Positions 1-8,746 are shown, counted from the stretch's first letter. The stretch is DNA of 59,215 bases from an uncultured Gammaproteobacteria bacterium (GCA_964544585.1 CAZJBV010000007.1:1-59215), one strand, 5' to 3'. Notes: generated by a model from the letters alone, not told the origin. Numbers and translations: made by a program.

Positions 1-80
1 TTAAATTCAGCTTCAACCACTTTCCCTACCCTAAAATCCAACTTCTGAAAATCAGCAAATGAAACGGGGTCTTTAATCAT
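1..80 (-). CDS. tRNA-binding OB-fold protein (CsaA / MetRS C-terminal-like), N-terminal fragment running off the window edge
   Basis: Manual translation from ATG at 80: MIKDPVSFADFQKLDFRVGKVVEAEF, matching the typical 'F.DF.KLD.RVG.V' start of the tRNA_bind family. Confidence 0.6.
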   Translation of the reverse strand, partial: MIKDPVSFADFQKLDFRVGKVVEAEF

Positions 81-108
81 GAGTCCACATTATAGAGGAA
101 ATTCAAAG

Positions 109-285
109 CTAAAACAATGCCAAAAGTCCGTCTTTTTTTCTCTCTGTATAAACCTCAATAATAATTTGACCATCTTTTAAACTAACAATAAGAGGCGTCT
201 GCGATGTAATCCGAAGTTTATCTCTAAATTTTTTCGGTATGGTGATTTGTCCTCTTATATTAGCTGTCAAAATCATAGAATTCAT
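109..285 (-). CDS. Solo AbrB/MazE/SpoVT-family DNA-binding protein (58 aa, below the ORF-track cutoff)
   Basis: Manual translation MNSMILTANIRGQITIPKKFRDKLRITSQTPLIVSLKDGQIIIEV..., containing the 'GQITIPK..R..L' AbrB motif. Confidence 0.7.
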   Translation of the reverse strand: MNSMILTANIRGQITIPKKFRDKLRITSQTPLIVSLKDGQIIIEVYTERKKDGLLALF

Positions 286-359
286 ATTTTCATATTATCA
301 GAATTTCATACTTTGTCAATCTCAAAAAAGAAGCCAAAACAACGATTAATTGAAAAAAT

Positions 360-878
360 TTAGCGAATCGCTTGATGTGGAAGAGTTGGTTCAGGAGGAG
401 GTCTTAATACTTGCTCTACACTCTGTATTTGAGGTAAAAGTGAGCCCACTCCACTCTTTTCAATAACACCTATAGGGTCATTATCTTTTACTATCCGATG
501 AATTCTAACATCCCCGAAACGACCCTCACTTTGACCGTTTTGAAGGGCCCTTTCTAACTCATTATTTATCTTGGGATCCGACGAAACCGGAACAAAATTA
601 CGAACACCCAAAGTAGATAAATGTCCAAGTATTGTTTCTCGGCTAGGCGTTTCATCCTCAAGCGCCCCCCCCACGAGAACAACATCAGGTACAATATCTT
701 CGCTTGGGTCTGCTGCTTGTAACATTGTCCGGGTTAGACCGCCATATTTATAATGAGATTTTATTTCACGGATTTCCCAACCTCTTCCAGTTAGGGTTTG
801 CACTAATCGTTCGTCCGGTAATTCAGTTATATACCAAGCGGAGATTGGTCTAGTTTGCTGTGCAGTATCCATTGACAA
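360..878 (-). CDS. Hypothetical protein
   Basis: 172-aa ORF, co-oriented downstream of trpS; no recognisable motif. Confidence 0.45.
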   Translation of the reverse strand: MSMDTAQQTRPISAWYITELPDERLVQTLTGRGWEIREIKSHYKYGGLTRTMLQAADPSEDIVPDVVLVGGALEDETPSRETILGHLSTLGVRNFVPVSSDPKINNELERALQNGQSEGRFGDVRIHRIVKDNDPIGVIEKSGVGSLLPQIQSVEQVLRPPPEPTLPHQAIR

Positions 879-936
879 TGTATTCTAACTCGTTTTTCAA
901 AAAAGTCAAATTTAGATTGTGTTGACAATTAAAATT

Positions 937-1977
937 TCAATATTTGAAGAATGAATATTTATTGCTAAGTCCGATTATCTCTCTCACCTCCGTCATCGTC
1001 TCCGCTGCCACTTTTCGAGTTTTTTCTGCACCCTCTTTTAGTATTTCCTTTACCATCACAGGGTTTGATTTAAGTTCATTATATCTTTCTCTTGCCGGTC
1101 CGAAAGTTTTCATTAGAGATTCAAATAAATATTCTTTCACCTCCACATCCCCCACTTTCCCCTCTTTATATCGCTTTTTATATTCCGCAACTTGCCCTTT
1201 TTCTCCAAAAAAATCCAAATAAGAAAACACCATATTTCCCTCAATATGTCCAGGATCTGTCGGATGAATCCGTGTCGGATCTGTATATGTATCCATCACC
1301 TGCTTTTTTATGACCGCTTCATCTTCAAATATACTGATAATATTTCCCAAAGATTTACTCATTTTTCTTTTCCCATCAGTCCCCATTATCACAGCTACTT
1401 CTTCGGGAATATACGGATCTGGCAAAGGAAATATATCGGTTCGGTAGGTCTTATTAAACCTTTCCGCAATATCCCGCGTTATCTCTATATGCTGCTTCTG
1501 ATCCTTCCCCACAGGCACGAGATCTGGCTTATAAAGAAGTATATCCGAGGCCATCAAAATCGGATAATTAAAAAGACCCAAATTAATATCGTCTTCTTTA
1601 GTCTCTTTTGCAAGTTTATCTTTATATGCATGAGCCCGCCTCAAAAGCCCCAATGGCGTCACAGTATTTAAAATCCACGTCAGTTCCGCATGCTCCAAAA
1701 CATCAGACTGTCTGAAAAAAGTAATATTAGCCTGCCCTGAGCCTGTCGAAGGGGTCAGATCTCCCAATAGCGCCAACTCATTTAAAATCAACGTCTCTGT
1801 ATTCTTCTGCAAAGTTTCCTTATTTTGAATAGTCGTCAATGCATGCAGATCAGCCACCATCAAAAAGCAATCAACGGATTTGGCTAGCTCTATAAATTGT
1901 CTTACAGCTCCTAAATAATTTCCTATATGGAGGGTTCCATCTCCACTCGGAGTAATTCCAGCCAGTATTCTTTTCAT
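937..1977 (-). CDS. trpS: Tryptophanyl-tRNA synthetase
   Basis: GITPSG..LHIGNYLG (HIGH), KMSKS, YPILMASDILLY, VPVGKDQKQH; carries an extra TPSTGSGQA segment. Confidence 0.97.
   Translation of the reverse strand: MKRILAGITPSGDGTLHIGNYLGAVRQFIELAKSVDCFLMVADLHALTTIQNKETLQKNTETLILNELALLGDLTPSTGSGQANITFFRQSDVLEHAELTWILNTVTPLGLLRRAHAYKDKLAKETKEDDINLGLFNYPILMASDILLYKPDLVPVGKDQKQHIEITRDIAERFNKTYRTDIFPLPDPYIPEEVAVIMGTDGKRKMSKSLGNIISIFEDEAVIKKQVMDTYTDPTRIHPTDPGHIEGNMVFSYLDFFGEKGQVAEYKKRYKEGKVGDVEVKEYLFESLMKTFGPARERYNELKSNPVMVKEILKEGAEKTRKVAAETMTEVREIIGLSNKYSFFKY
1730..1754. repeat. REP-like element (ccctgagcctgtcgaagg type) inserted in frame in trpS
   Basis: gcctgccctgagcctgtcgaagggg encodes TPSTGSGQA in a loop before the 'F.QSDV' motif. 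Confidence 0.6.
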
Positions 1978-2723
1978 GGTTTTATTGTACCAGCTTTAAG
2001 AAGCCTTATAAATCTTTTTAAACCCTTTATCCCCCTTTTATCATATTCATTAATAATCGCACTTCCTACAATTGCTATTTCTGCATGACCATATAGTAAC
2101 TCAATCTGTTCTCTTTTCGATATCCCAAATCCGATAGCCAAAGGAAGATCTGTTACTTTTCTTACTCTCTCAATATATTCAAATAGACTTTTATTAAATA
2201 CACTCTTTGTTCCAGTCACACCAAAATGACTTACTAAGTAAAGAAATCCTTTCCCTATTTTTGAATTTATCCTTACTCTTTCCTCACTACTCGATGGAGA
2301 AATTACCCTAATAGAATCTACGCTATATTTATTACACAGCGCTATAAACTGCTCATTCTTCTCTTCTTCAGGCGGAATATCAGGAACAATTAATCCCTCC
2401 ACCCCTAAATCTTTTGCTTTTTTTATAAATCGTTCTACCCCATACCGAAAGACTTGATTGTAATAGCACATAATATATTTAGGTACATGATACTTTTTCA
2501 ACGAATCTATAAATTGAAACGCACGATCTGTATTCATTCCATTTTTCAATGCCACCTCCAATGCATGCATAATAGTCTCCCCATCGGCTACAGGATCCGA
2601 AAAAGGAATCTGCAGCTCCAAATAATCAGCTCCGCCATCAACAAGAGTCTTTACAATCTCATAACTCTCACCAACATTCGGATATCCTACCACCACATGA
2701 GTCATAAGTTTTATTTTGTTCAT
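1974..2723 (-). CDS. trpA: Tryptophan synthase alpha chain
   Basis: LELQIPFSDPVADG, GLIVPDIP, GVTG, IGFGIS, IVGSA motifs. Confidence 0.97.
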   Translation of the reverse strand: MNKIKLMTHVVVGYPNVGESYEIVKTLVDGGADYLELQIPFSDPVADGETIMHALEVALKNGMNTDRAFQFIDSLKKYHVPKYIMCYYNQVFRYGVERFIKKAKDLGVEGLIVPDIPPEEEKNEQFIALCNKYSVDSIRVISPSSSEERVRINSKIGKGFLYLVSHFGVTGTKSVFNKSLFEYIERVRKVTDLPLAIGFGISKREQIELLYGHAEIAIVGSAIINEYDKRGIKGLKRFIRLLKAGTIKP

Positions 2724-3961
2724 ACTTTAGTCCTCAAAAATTCAATCCAATTTTTGTCATTAAGTGCTTCCGCAACTATAAATATATCTTTATCTCCCCT
2801 TCCAGAAAGATTTACAACTATTATTTTGTCTTTCGAAAGTTTGGGCGCAAGTTTGATAGCTTCAGCCACCGCATGTGCCGATTCCAACGCGCATATTATC
2901 CCCTCAGACTTTGCCAAAAGTTTATACGCCTCCAAAACTTGCCTGTCAGTTGCATATGTAAACTTTACCCTTCCCACACTCCCGAGATACGCCAATTGCG
3001 GCCCAATCCCAGGATAATCGAGTCCCGCAGACACACTATGCGTTGCCGAAATATTGCCATATTTATCTTGCAAAAAAAGCGATTTATATCCTTCGACAAC
3101 TCCTGTTTCTCCACCAGCAAATCTCGCCGCATGATCACCAATTTTCTTTACTCCTCTACCTCCCGCTTCCACTCCAATAAGTTTGACATTTTCATCATCC
3201 AAAAACCGATAAAATATTCCCATCGCATTACTTCCTCCACCCGTACAGGCGACGATATAATCCGGTAATCTTCCTTCCCTCCTCATTATCTCTTCCTTCA
3301 CCTCAATCCCTACAACTTGTTGAAAATCACGGTTTATAGTAGGAAAAGGATGCGGCCCGACAGTCGATCCCAAAAGATAATGAGTATTTTCTACATTCGT
3401 AATCCAGTCTTTCAAAGCCGCATTCACCGCATCTTTCAAAGTCTTCGTTCCAAAGGAAACAGATATAACTTTAGCTCCCAGCTGCTCCATCCAAAATACA
3501 TTTGGCCGCTGCCGGGCTACATCCACGGCACCCATGTAGACTACACACTCCAATCCAAATTTCGCTGCCACAGTCGCCGCCGCCACCCCATGTTGACCTG
3601 CTCCAGTCTCTGCAATAAGCCTCTTCTTCCCCATTCTCGTGGCCAAAAGTGCCTGGCCTATACAATGCGTTATTTTATGTGCTCCGGATAGATTGAGTCC
3701 CTCATTTTTTAAATAAATTTTTGCTCCTCCCAAACTTTTAGTTAAATTCGAAGCCAAAGTCAAAGGCGTCGGTCTACCCGCGTATGTATACAATAACTCC
3801 ATAAATTCTCTCCCAAAGTTTGTATCTTTTTTCGCTCTATCGTATGCTTGCTCCAATTCCGTAAGTGCCGGAATAAGCATTTCCGGTGCATATCTGCCGC
3901 CAAATTTACCAAAATGACCTTTTGAGTCTCCATCAAACTTTGTCTTAAAATCAAAAATCAT
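2720..3961 (-). CDS. trpB: Tryptophan synthase beta chain
   Basis: GAHK PLP lysine, IAETGAGQHG, GGGSNA, SAGLDYPGIGP, NLSGRGDKD. Confidence 0.98.
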   Translation of the reverse strand: MIFDFKTKFDGDSKGHFGKFGGRYAPEMLIPALTELEQAYDRAKKDTNFGREFMELLYTYAGRPTPLTLASNLTKSLGGAKIYLKNEGLNLSGAHKITHCIGQALLATRMGKKRLIAETGAGQHGVAAATVAAKFGLECVVYMGAVDVARQRPNVFWMEQLGAKVISVSFGTKTLKDAVNAALKDWITNVENTHYLLGSTVGPHPFPTINRDFQQVVGIEVKEEIMRREGRLPDYIVACTGGGSNAMGIFYRFLDDENVKLIGVEAGGRGVKKIGDHAARFAGGETGVVEGYKSLFLQDKYGNISATHSVSAGLDYPGIGPQLAYLGSVGRVKFTYATDRQVLEAYKLLAKSEGIICALESAHAVAEAIKLAPKLSKDKIIVVNLSGRGDKDIFIVAEALNDKNWIEFLRTKV

Positions 3962-6297
3962 AATACTCCTCTCGCATTCTTCACAAATGCAATAATCTTC
4001 TCGCTATCCTTTTTTCCATTAGTCTCCACTCCTCCTGCAACATCCACTGCAAAAGGCGCAACCCCCGCCACAATCCCTCCCACATTCTCCGGATTTAAAC
4101 CCCCGGCCAAAAAAATCGGATACTGCCTTGCCATATTTTTTGCATACTCCAGTGAAACCATCTTACCTTTCCCTTGTTCTTCCCTATCAACGAGAAAATA
4201 TGCCACAGAATATGAATCAGTTTTTCTTGCAGAAATCGTTTTTATCACCTGACAATCAATTTCATCGCAATAGTAAGGGCTCTCCTCTCCATGTAGTTGC
4301 ACAAAATCTAAATGAAGATTTTGCACAACATGATTTATATACGCTTTATTCTGATCTTGAAAAACTCCCACAAATTGTATTTTTCCAGAAAATGACAAAA
4401 TGATGCGTTTGGCCATATCTTCTGAAATACGCCTCTTCGAACTCGGCACAAAATTCAAGCCAATAAAATCTACACCGGCCTCAATACACATTTGTGCCTC
4501 CTCAACCGTTTTTATTCCACAGATTTTGATTTTAGTTTTCATAGTATTTAAGGGTCGGACCCTGAAGGGTCCGACCCTTTCCAAACTTTTCAACTTCTTT
4601 ATAAGTTTTGCCGGGTCGTCCGATTTCATCAATATAGTTCCAACCAAAACCCCTTTTGCCCCAGCTTTTTTATACCTTTCGATATCACGAGCTTCTTTCA
4701 CTCCTGAAAACGCAAGCGCCGTATGCGTTTTGGGAATTTTTCCTAGTATTTCACATGCTTTTTTCCTGTCAATTGAAAAATCGTCCAAATTGCGAGAATT
4801 GACAGCAACAATCTCCACCCCCGTCTTCAATGCACCTATTAACTCCTCCTCTGTATTCACTTCCACCACCGGCTCCATCCCCAATGCTTCTACCAATTTG
4901 ACCAATTGGACTAATTTGTCCAATGATAATATCTTCGCAATCAACAAAACAGCGTCCGCCCCATTCTTTTTTGCCTTATAAATCTGATCTTTACTTACAA
5001 CAAAGTCTTTACAAAGAATAGGTAAAGTAGTTAAATTCCTCACAAAGGAGAGTAACTCATAGCTTCCGCCAAAACGTTTTTTATCAACCACAACCGACAG
5101 ACAATCTGCCTCCCCCTTTTCATATGCAATTACTTTTCCTTTTACATCTCTCTTCTCTCCCAGTTTTCCTTCTGTTGGGGATTTTAGCTTTATCTCAGCA
5201 ATCAGCGAAGTATTACTATTTTTTGGATGCAAAATAGCATTACGAAATTTATTTCTATTTTGTGAAAAAGATATGAATGTCTCCAATACTTTTTTGGCTC
5301 TTCCTGAATCTATAGACTTCTTCGCCATCAAAATGCCCTCGTCAATAGTCTTTGCTTTTCCGGAAACATACAATGCTAGGGCACTATTGAAAATGACAAT
5401 ATCTCTTCTCCCTCCCTGCCTGCCGGCAGGCAGGCCTCTCTCTCCATCTAAAATTGACTTTATTATGGCTGCATTCTCTTTCGCATCCCCACCATGTATA
5501 AAATTATTTTTTTCATATTTAAATCCATATTTTTTAGGATCAAGAATATATTTTTTTGCCTTTTTTCCTTTTACTTCAAAAACATGGGTCTTTGCCAAAA
5601 CACTCACCTCATCGAGCCCATCCTCACTCGTAAGAATCAAAAGGTGCTCATACCTCAAACGAGCTGCAACGCGTGAAAGTTTCTCGGCAATCTCCAAATT
5701 CGGAACCCCTATTATCTGTCTTTTTACCCCTGCCGGATTCACCAATGGACCCAAAAAATTAAATATCGTCCGAATTCCCAATTCTCTACGTACAAGCGAA
5801 ACATGTTTCATCGCCGGATGATAAAGTGGAGCAAAAAGGAAAGTTATTCCTACTTCCTTCAAACACCTCATTACCTGCGCAGCCGTTAGCATTATATTTA
5901 CTCCCATTGCCTCCAAAACATCAGCACTTCCGCTCTTACTGCTGGCGGCTCGATTTCCATGTTTAGCAACCGCAACCCCTGCGCCTGTTACTACAAACGC
6001 CGTCGCCGTCGATATATTAAATGTCCCCTTTCCATCTCCTCCCGTCCCACACACATCTATTGCTCCCGCCCCAATCGGCATCTTCACCATTCTCCTCCTC
6101 ATTGCTTTTATAAAACCTATGATTTCTTCTTCTGTCTCTCCCTTCATTCGTAAACCAGTCAATAAAGAAGCAATCTGTACCCCTGTCAGGTTTCCTTGCA
6201 ATATTTCCCCCATCAACATCTCTGCCTGTCTGATAGTAAGGTTTCTTGTACTAAGTACGGTATTTAAAAATTGTGTAATTGAAAATTGAGATTTCAT
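3958..6297 (-). CDS. trpD/trpC/trpF: Triple fusion: anthranilate phosphoribosyltransferase (TrpD) - indole-3-glycerol-phosphate synthase (TrpC) - phosphoribosylanthranilate isomerase (TrpF)
   Basis: TrpD: DVCGTGGDG, AKHGNR, SGSADVLE; TrpC: IAEIK..SP, KDF, GADAVLLI, N.RNL; TrpF from internal Met at 4542: KIKICGI, QLHGEE, LAGGL, VDVAGGVE; one continuous 779-aa frame. Confidence 0.93.
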   Translation of the reverse strand: MKSQFSITQFLNTVLSTRNLTIRQAEMLMGEILQGNLTGVQIASLLTGLRMKGETEEEIIGFIKAMRRRMVKMPIGAGAIDVCGTGGDGKGTFNISTATAFVVTGAGVAVAKHGNRAASSKSGSADVLEAMGVNIMLTAAQVMRCLKEVGITFLFAPLYHPAMKHVSLVRRELGIRTIFNFLGPLVNPAGVKRQIIGVPNLEIAEKLSRVAARLRYEHLLILTSEDGLDEVSVLAKTHVFEVKGKKAKKYILDPKKYGFKYEKNNFIHGGDAKENAAIIKSILDGERGLPAGRQGGRRDIVIFNSALALYVSGKAKTIDEGILMAKKSIDSGRAKKVLETFISFSQNRNKFRNAILHPKNSNTSLIAEIKLKSPTEGKLGEKRDVKGKVIAYEKGEADCLSVVVDKKRFGGSYELLSFVRNLTTLPILCKDFVVSKDQIYKAKKNGADAVLLIAKILSLDKLVQLVKLVEALGMEPVVEVNTEEELIGALKTGVEIVAVNSRNLDDFSIDRKKACEILGKIPKTHTALAFSGVKEARDIERYKKAGAKGVLVGTILMKSDDPAKLIKKLKSLERVGPFRVRPLNTMKTKIKICGIKTVEEAQMCIEAGVDFIGLNFVPSSKRRISEDMAKRIILSFSGKIQFVGVFQDQNKAYINHVVQNLHLDFVQLHGEESPYYCDEIDCQVIKTISARKTDSYSVAYFLVDREEQGKGKMVSLEYAKNMARQYPIFLAGGLNPENVGGIVAGVAPFAVDVAGGVETNGKKDSEKIIAFVKNARGVL
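4550..4579. repeat. Perfect 14-bp-arm inverted repeat at the trpC/trpF junction
   Basis: aagggtcggaccct-ga-agggtccgaccctt. Confidence 0.9.
5414..5434. repeat. 21-bp 'PAGRQ' palindromic element, in frame in trpD
   Basis: ccctgcctgccggcaggcagg; encodes LPAGRQG. Confidence 0.9.
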
Positions 6298-6312
6298 TGA
6301 AAATTTAAAATT

Positions 6313-6333
6313 CCTGCCTGCCGGACAGGCAGG
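6313..6333. repeat. 21-bp 'PAGRQ' palindromic element, intergenic, inside a TGAAAAT heptamer array
   Basis: cctgcctgccggacaggcagg. Confidence 0.85.
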
Positions 6334-6338
6334 GAAAA

Positions 6339-6917
6339 TTAAAAATTTAGAAAATTCCTCAGAATTTTCCTCCCCTCCTCCGTCCCAATCGATTCCGGAT
6401 GAAACTGTATTCCATATATCGGATACTCAGTATGCCTAACCCCCATAATCTCTCTATCATCCAAAGACTCCGAAGTCACCTCAAGACATTTAGGTATCGA
6501 TGTCTTTTCCCCCACGAGGGAATGATAACGCATGCCCAAAAGCGGATTTTTGACCTTTTGGAAAATACCCTTACTATTATGCTTAATTAAACTTTTCTTC
6601 CCGTGTTTCACCATCCCTGCCCTTACCACTCTCCCGCCAAAAGCATAAATTACTCCTTGATGCCCAAGACATACGCCTAAAATAGGAATGTTTTTCCCAA
6701 TCTTCAAGATCACATCACTACATACGCCAAAATATGCCCTATCGGAAGGATCTCCTGGTCCCGGCGAAATTACAATATGCGTATATTTTCCTCTACCAAC
6801 TTCATCCAAAGTTATTTCATTATTTCTCATAACAACTGGCTTCCCTCCCAATTCCCCAATATACTGGTAAAGGTTATATGTAAACGAATCATAGTTATCA
6901 ATAATGAGTGTTTTCAT
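6339..6917 (-). CDS. trpG: Anthranilate synthase component II (glutamine amidotransferase)
   Basis: Probable start Met at 6917: MKTLIIDNYDSFTYNL, ISPGPG, GVCLGHQ, QFHPES. Confidence 0.96.
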   Translation of the reverse strand: MKTLIIDNYDSFTYNLYQYIGELGGKPVVMRNNEITLDEVGRGKYTHIVISPGPGDPSDRAYFGVCSDVILKIGKNIPILGVCLGHQGVIYAFGGRVVRAGMVKHGKKSLIKHNSKGIFQKVKNPLLGMRYHSLVGEKTSIPKCLEVTSESLDDREIMGVRHTEYPIYGIQFHPESIGTEEGRKILRNFLNF

Positions 6918-6925
6918 ATTAGTGA

Positions 6926-7006
6926 GATAAACGATAAGGGATAAAGGATAAAAGAGTAAATAAATATTACATTGCACTTTTATCTTTTATCTTCATATCT
7001 TTTATC
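6926..7006. repeat. Inverted GATA/TATC heptamer arrays at the trpE-trpG junction
   Basis: GATA at 6926/6933/6940/6947; TATC at 6981/6988/6996/7003. Confidence 0.8.
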
Positions 7007-8370
7007 CCTTTTCCCTGCGCCTCGCGCAGCGCCTCCTCCACCGCTTTCTGTTTATTCACTATCTCTAAAAATTCCGAAGAAGAAGTAGAGTCAGCCACAA
7101 TTCCGCTTCCTGTCTGTGTATAGGCATAGCTGCCCTTTCTAAAAAAGGAGCGGATAATAATAGCCATCATCGCCTCCTGATTAAACGAAAAATACCCTCC
7201 CACACCTCCATATGGCCCCCTCGCCTCCCCTTCTAGATTAGCTATTATTTTTAATGCCTCCACTTTTGGAGCTCCCGACAGCGTCCCGGCCGGAAAACAA
7301 GCCGAAAGTGCCGAAAAAGCATTCTCTCTTTTTTTTAATACTCCATGTATTTCCGAAAAAATATGCTGCACATGACTAAACTTTTTAATACTTGCCAATT
7401 TTTCCACTCTTATACTTCCAAATTCACAAATCCTTCCCACATCGTTTCTGGCCAGATCAACCAGCATCATATGTTCGGCCATCTCTTTCGGATCTCCCAA
7501 AAGCTTCTTTTCAAATTTTTTATCATCTTTTTCTGTCACACCTCTCCCAATCGTTCCTGCCAATGTCCCGAAGTGCTCAATTTTTTCTCCCGCAACCCTT
7601 ATCAATAGTTCAGGACTGGCAGATAAAATTTCTCTCTCTCCAAATTTAAAATACATCATATAGGGAGAAGGATTGATCTGCCGCAAAATAGCATATACTC
7701 GCCTCGTATCTCCCGATACTTTAAAATGTGTTTTTTGAGAAACAACAACCTGAAATATGTTACCTTTTCTTATCTGTTCCAAGGCTTCAAAAGTAATTCT
7801 CTCCTGCCTTTCTTTATTAACCGTTTTTAATTTACTAAAAGAAAATGATCCGATGGATGAAGGAGTATGTATTGCCTTCAAAATTTTACCCACTCTACTC
7901 TTGCCATAACTAAAATAAACGCAACTTTTTTTCTTCTTATCAAATCTGAGGCCATCCAAGAAAAGTCCCATCTCAAAATCAGGAAATTCTGGATTATGAT
8001 GCCCCACAAAAGCCTTCTCAAAATATTTTGTCGCCTCATATGAAAAATAACCTACCAGTCCTCCGCAGTATCCCTCCTTCTTTGCAGCCTTAATCCTCGC
8101 AAATTCACTCATATATTCATAAATATCTTTCACCTTTTCTCGCCTTCCATTAATTAAAAGCTCATATCCCTTCGCTGTAATTAAAAACAGTGGATCAAAG
8201 CCGATATAAGAAAATCTGTTATATTTACCTTCCTCTCCCAAACTCTCTAACAAAAACATATTTTCACACAACCCATAAAGCCGTTTAAAAGCCTCAAATG
8301 CCGAAATAGACAAATCGATTTTCTCTTCTTGATATTTCCCGAGTTTGATATCTTTGAATATGTTATCCAT
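6967..8370 (-). CDS. trpE: Anthranilate synthase component I
   Basis: FLLES, GLVGYFSYE, INPSPYM, SASPELL, EH.MLVDLARND, FPAGTLSGAPK; first gene of the trp cluster. Confidence 0.95.
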   Translation of the reverse strand: MDNIFKDIKLGKYQEEKIDLSISAFEAFKRLYGLCENMFLLESLGEEGKYNRFSYIGFDPLFLITAKGYELLINGRREKVKDIYEYMSEFARIKAAKKEGYCGGLVGYFSYEATKYFEKAFVGHHNPEFPDFEMGLFLDGLRFDKKKKSCVYFSYGKSRVGKILKAIHTPSSIGSFSFSKLKTVNKERQERITFEALEQIRKGNIFQVVVSQKTHFKVSGDTRRVYAILRQINPSPYMMYFKFGEREILSASPELLIRVAGEKIEHFGTLAGTIGRGVTEKDDKKFEKKLLGDPKEMAEHMMLVDLARNDVGRICEFGSIRVEKLASIKKFSHVQHIFSEIHGVLKKRENAFSALSACFPAGTLSGAPKVEALKIIANLEGEARGPYGGVGGYFSFNQEAMMAIIIRSFFRKGSYAYTQTGSGIVADSTSSSEFLEIVNKQKAVEEALREAQGKGIKDMKIKDKSAM

Positions 8371-8494
8371 AGATTCCTTTCCATAATCCCAGTACTATGC
8401 TTACTTGCTCCCGAGGTTTACATCCTCGCGTCGCAAGAGCGCAAGTACGGGATGTGGGAGAGTAAGATTCATTTTATTCATCAACTCTCCCATC

Positions 8495-8540
8495 AAAAAA
8501 ACCCTCTTTCTCCCCGATCCAATGGGGGGTACTCAAGGGT
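8495..8540 (-). terminator. Intrinsic terminator of the T-box leader
   Basis: ACCCU...CCCC...GGGG...AGGGU followed by a U-run; its 5' arm overlaps the antiterminator 3' strand. Confidence 0.8.
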
Positions 8541-8746
8541 GTATTTCTACACGGTGCCACCTTGCTTTTCGCAATCTCAATAAAAAATCCCGACCAAAGT
8601 CGGGACACATCAAGAGATTACTCTCATTCTTGACATGCTCCGTCCGCCAGCTGGCGGATGACACATGTTGCTTGACTTTCTCCGGTTTCGCCTCCGTATC
8701 CGATTTAGGGATCAGCTCCAAGGGTCCAACCATCCCTCATCATCGC
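8495..8746 (-). promoter_or_regulatory. T-box riboswitch, Trp (UGG) specifier, ultra-short stem I
   Basis: Antiterminator AAGG-UGGCACC-GUG...CAC-CCUU (8535-8563); stem I GCGAUGA-UGAGGG[AUGGUUGGA]CCCUUG-GAGC (8715-8746) with UGG at 8726-8728; overlapping terminator. Confidence 0.88.
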
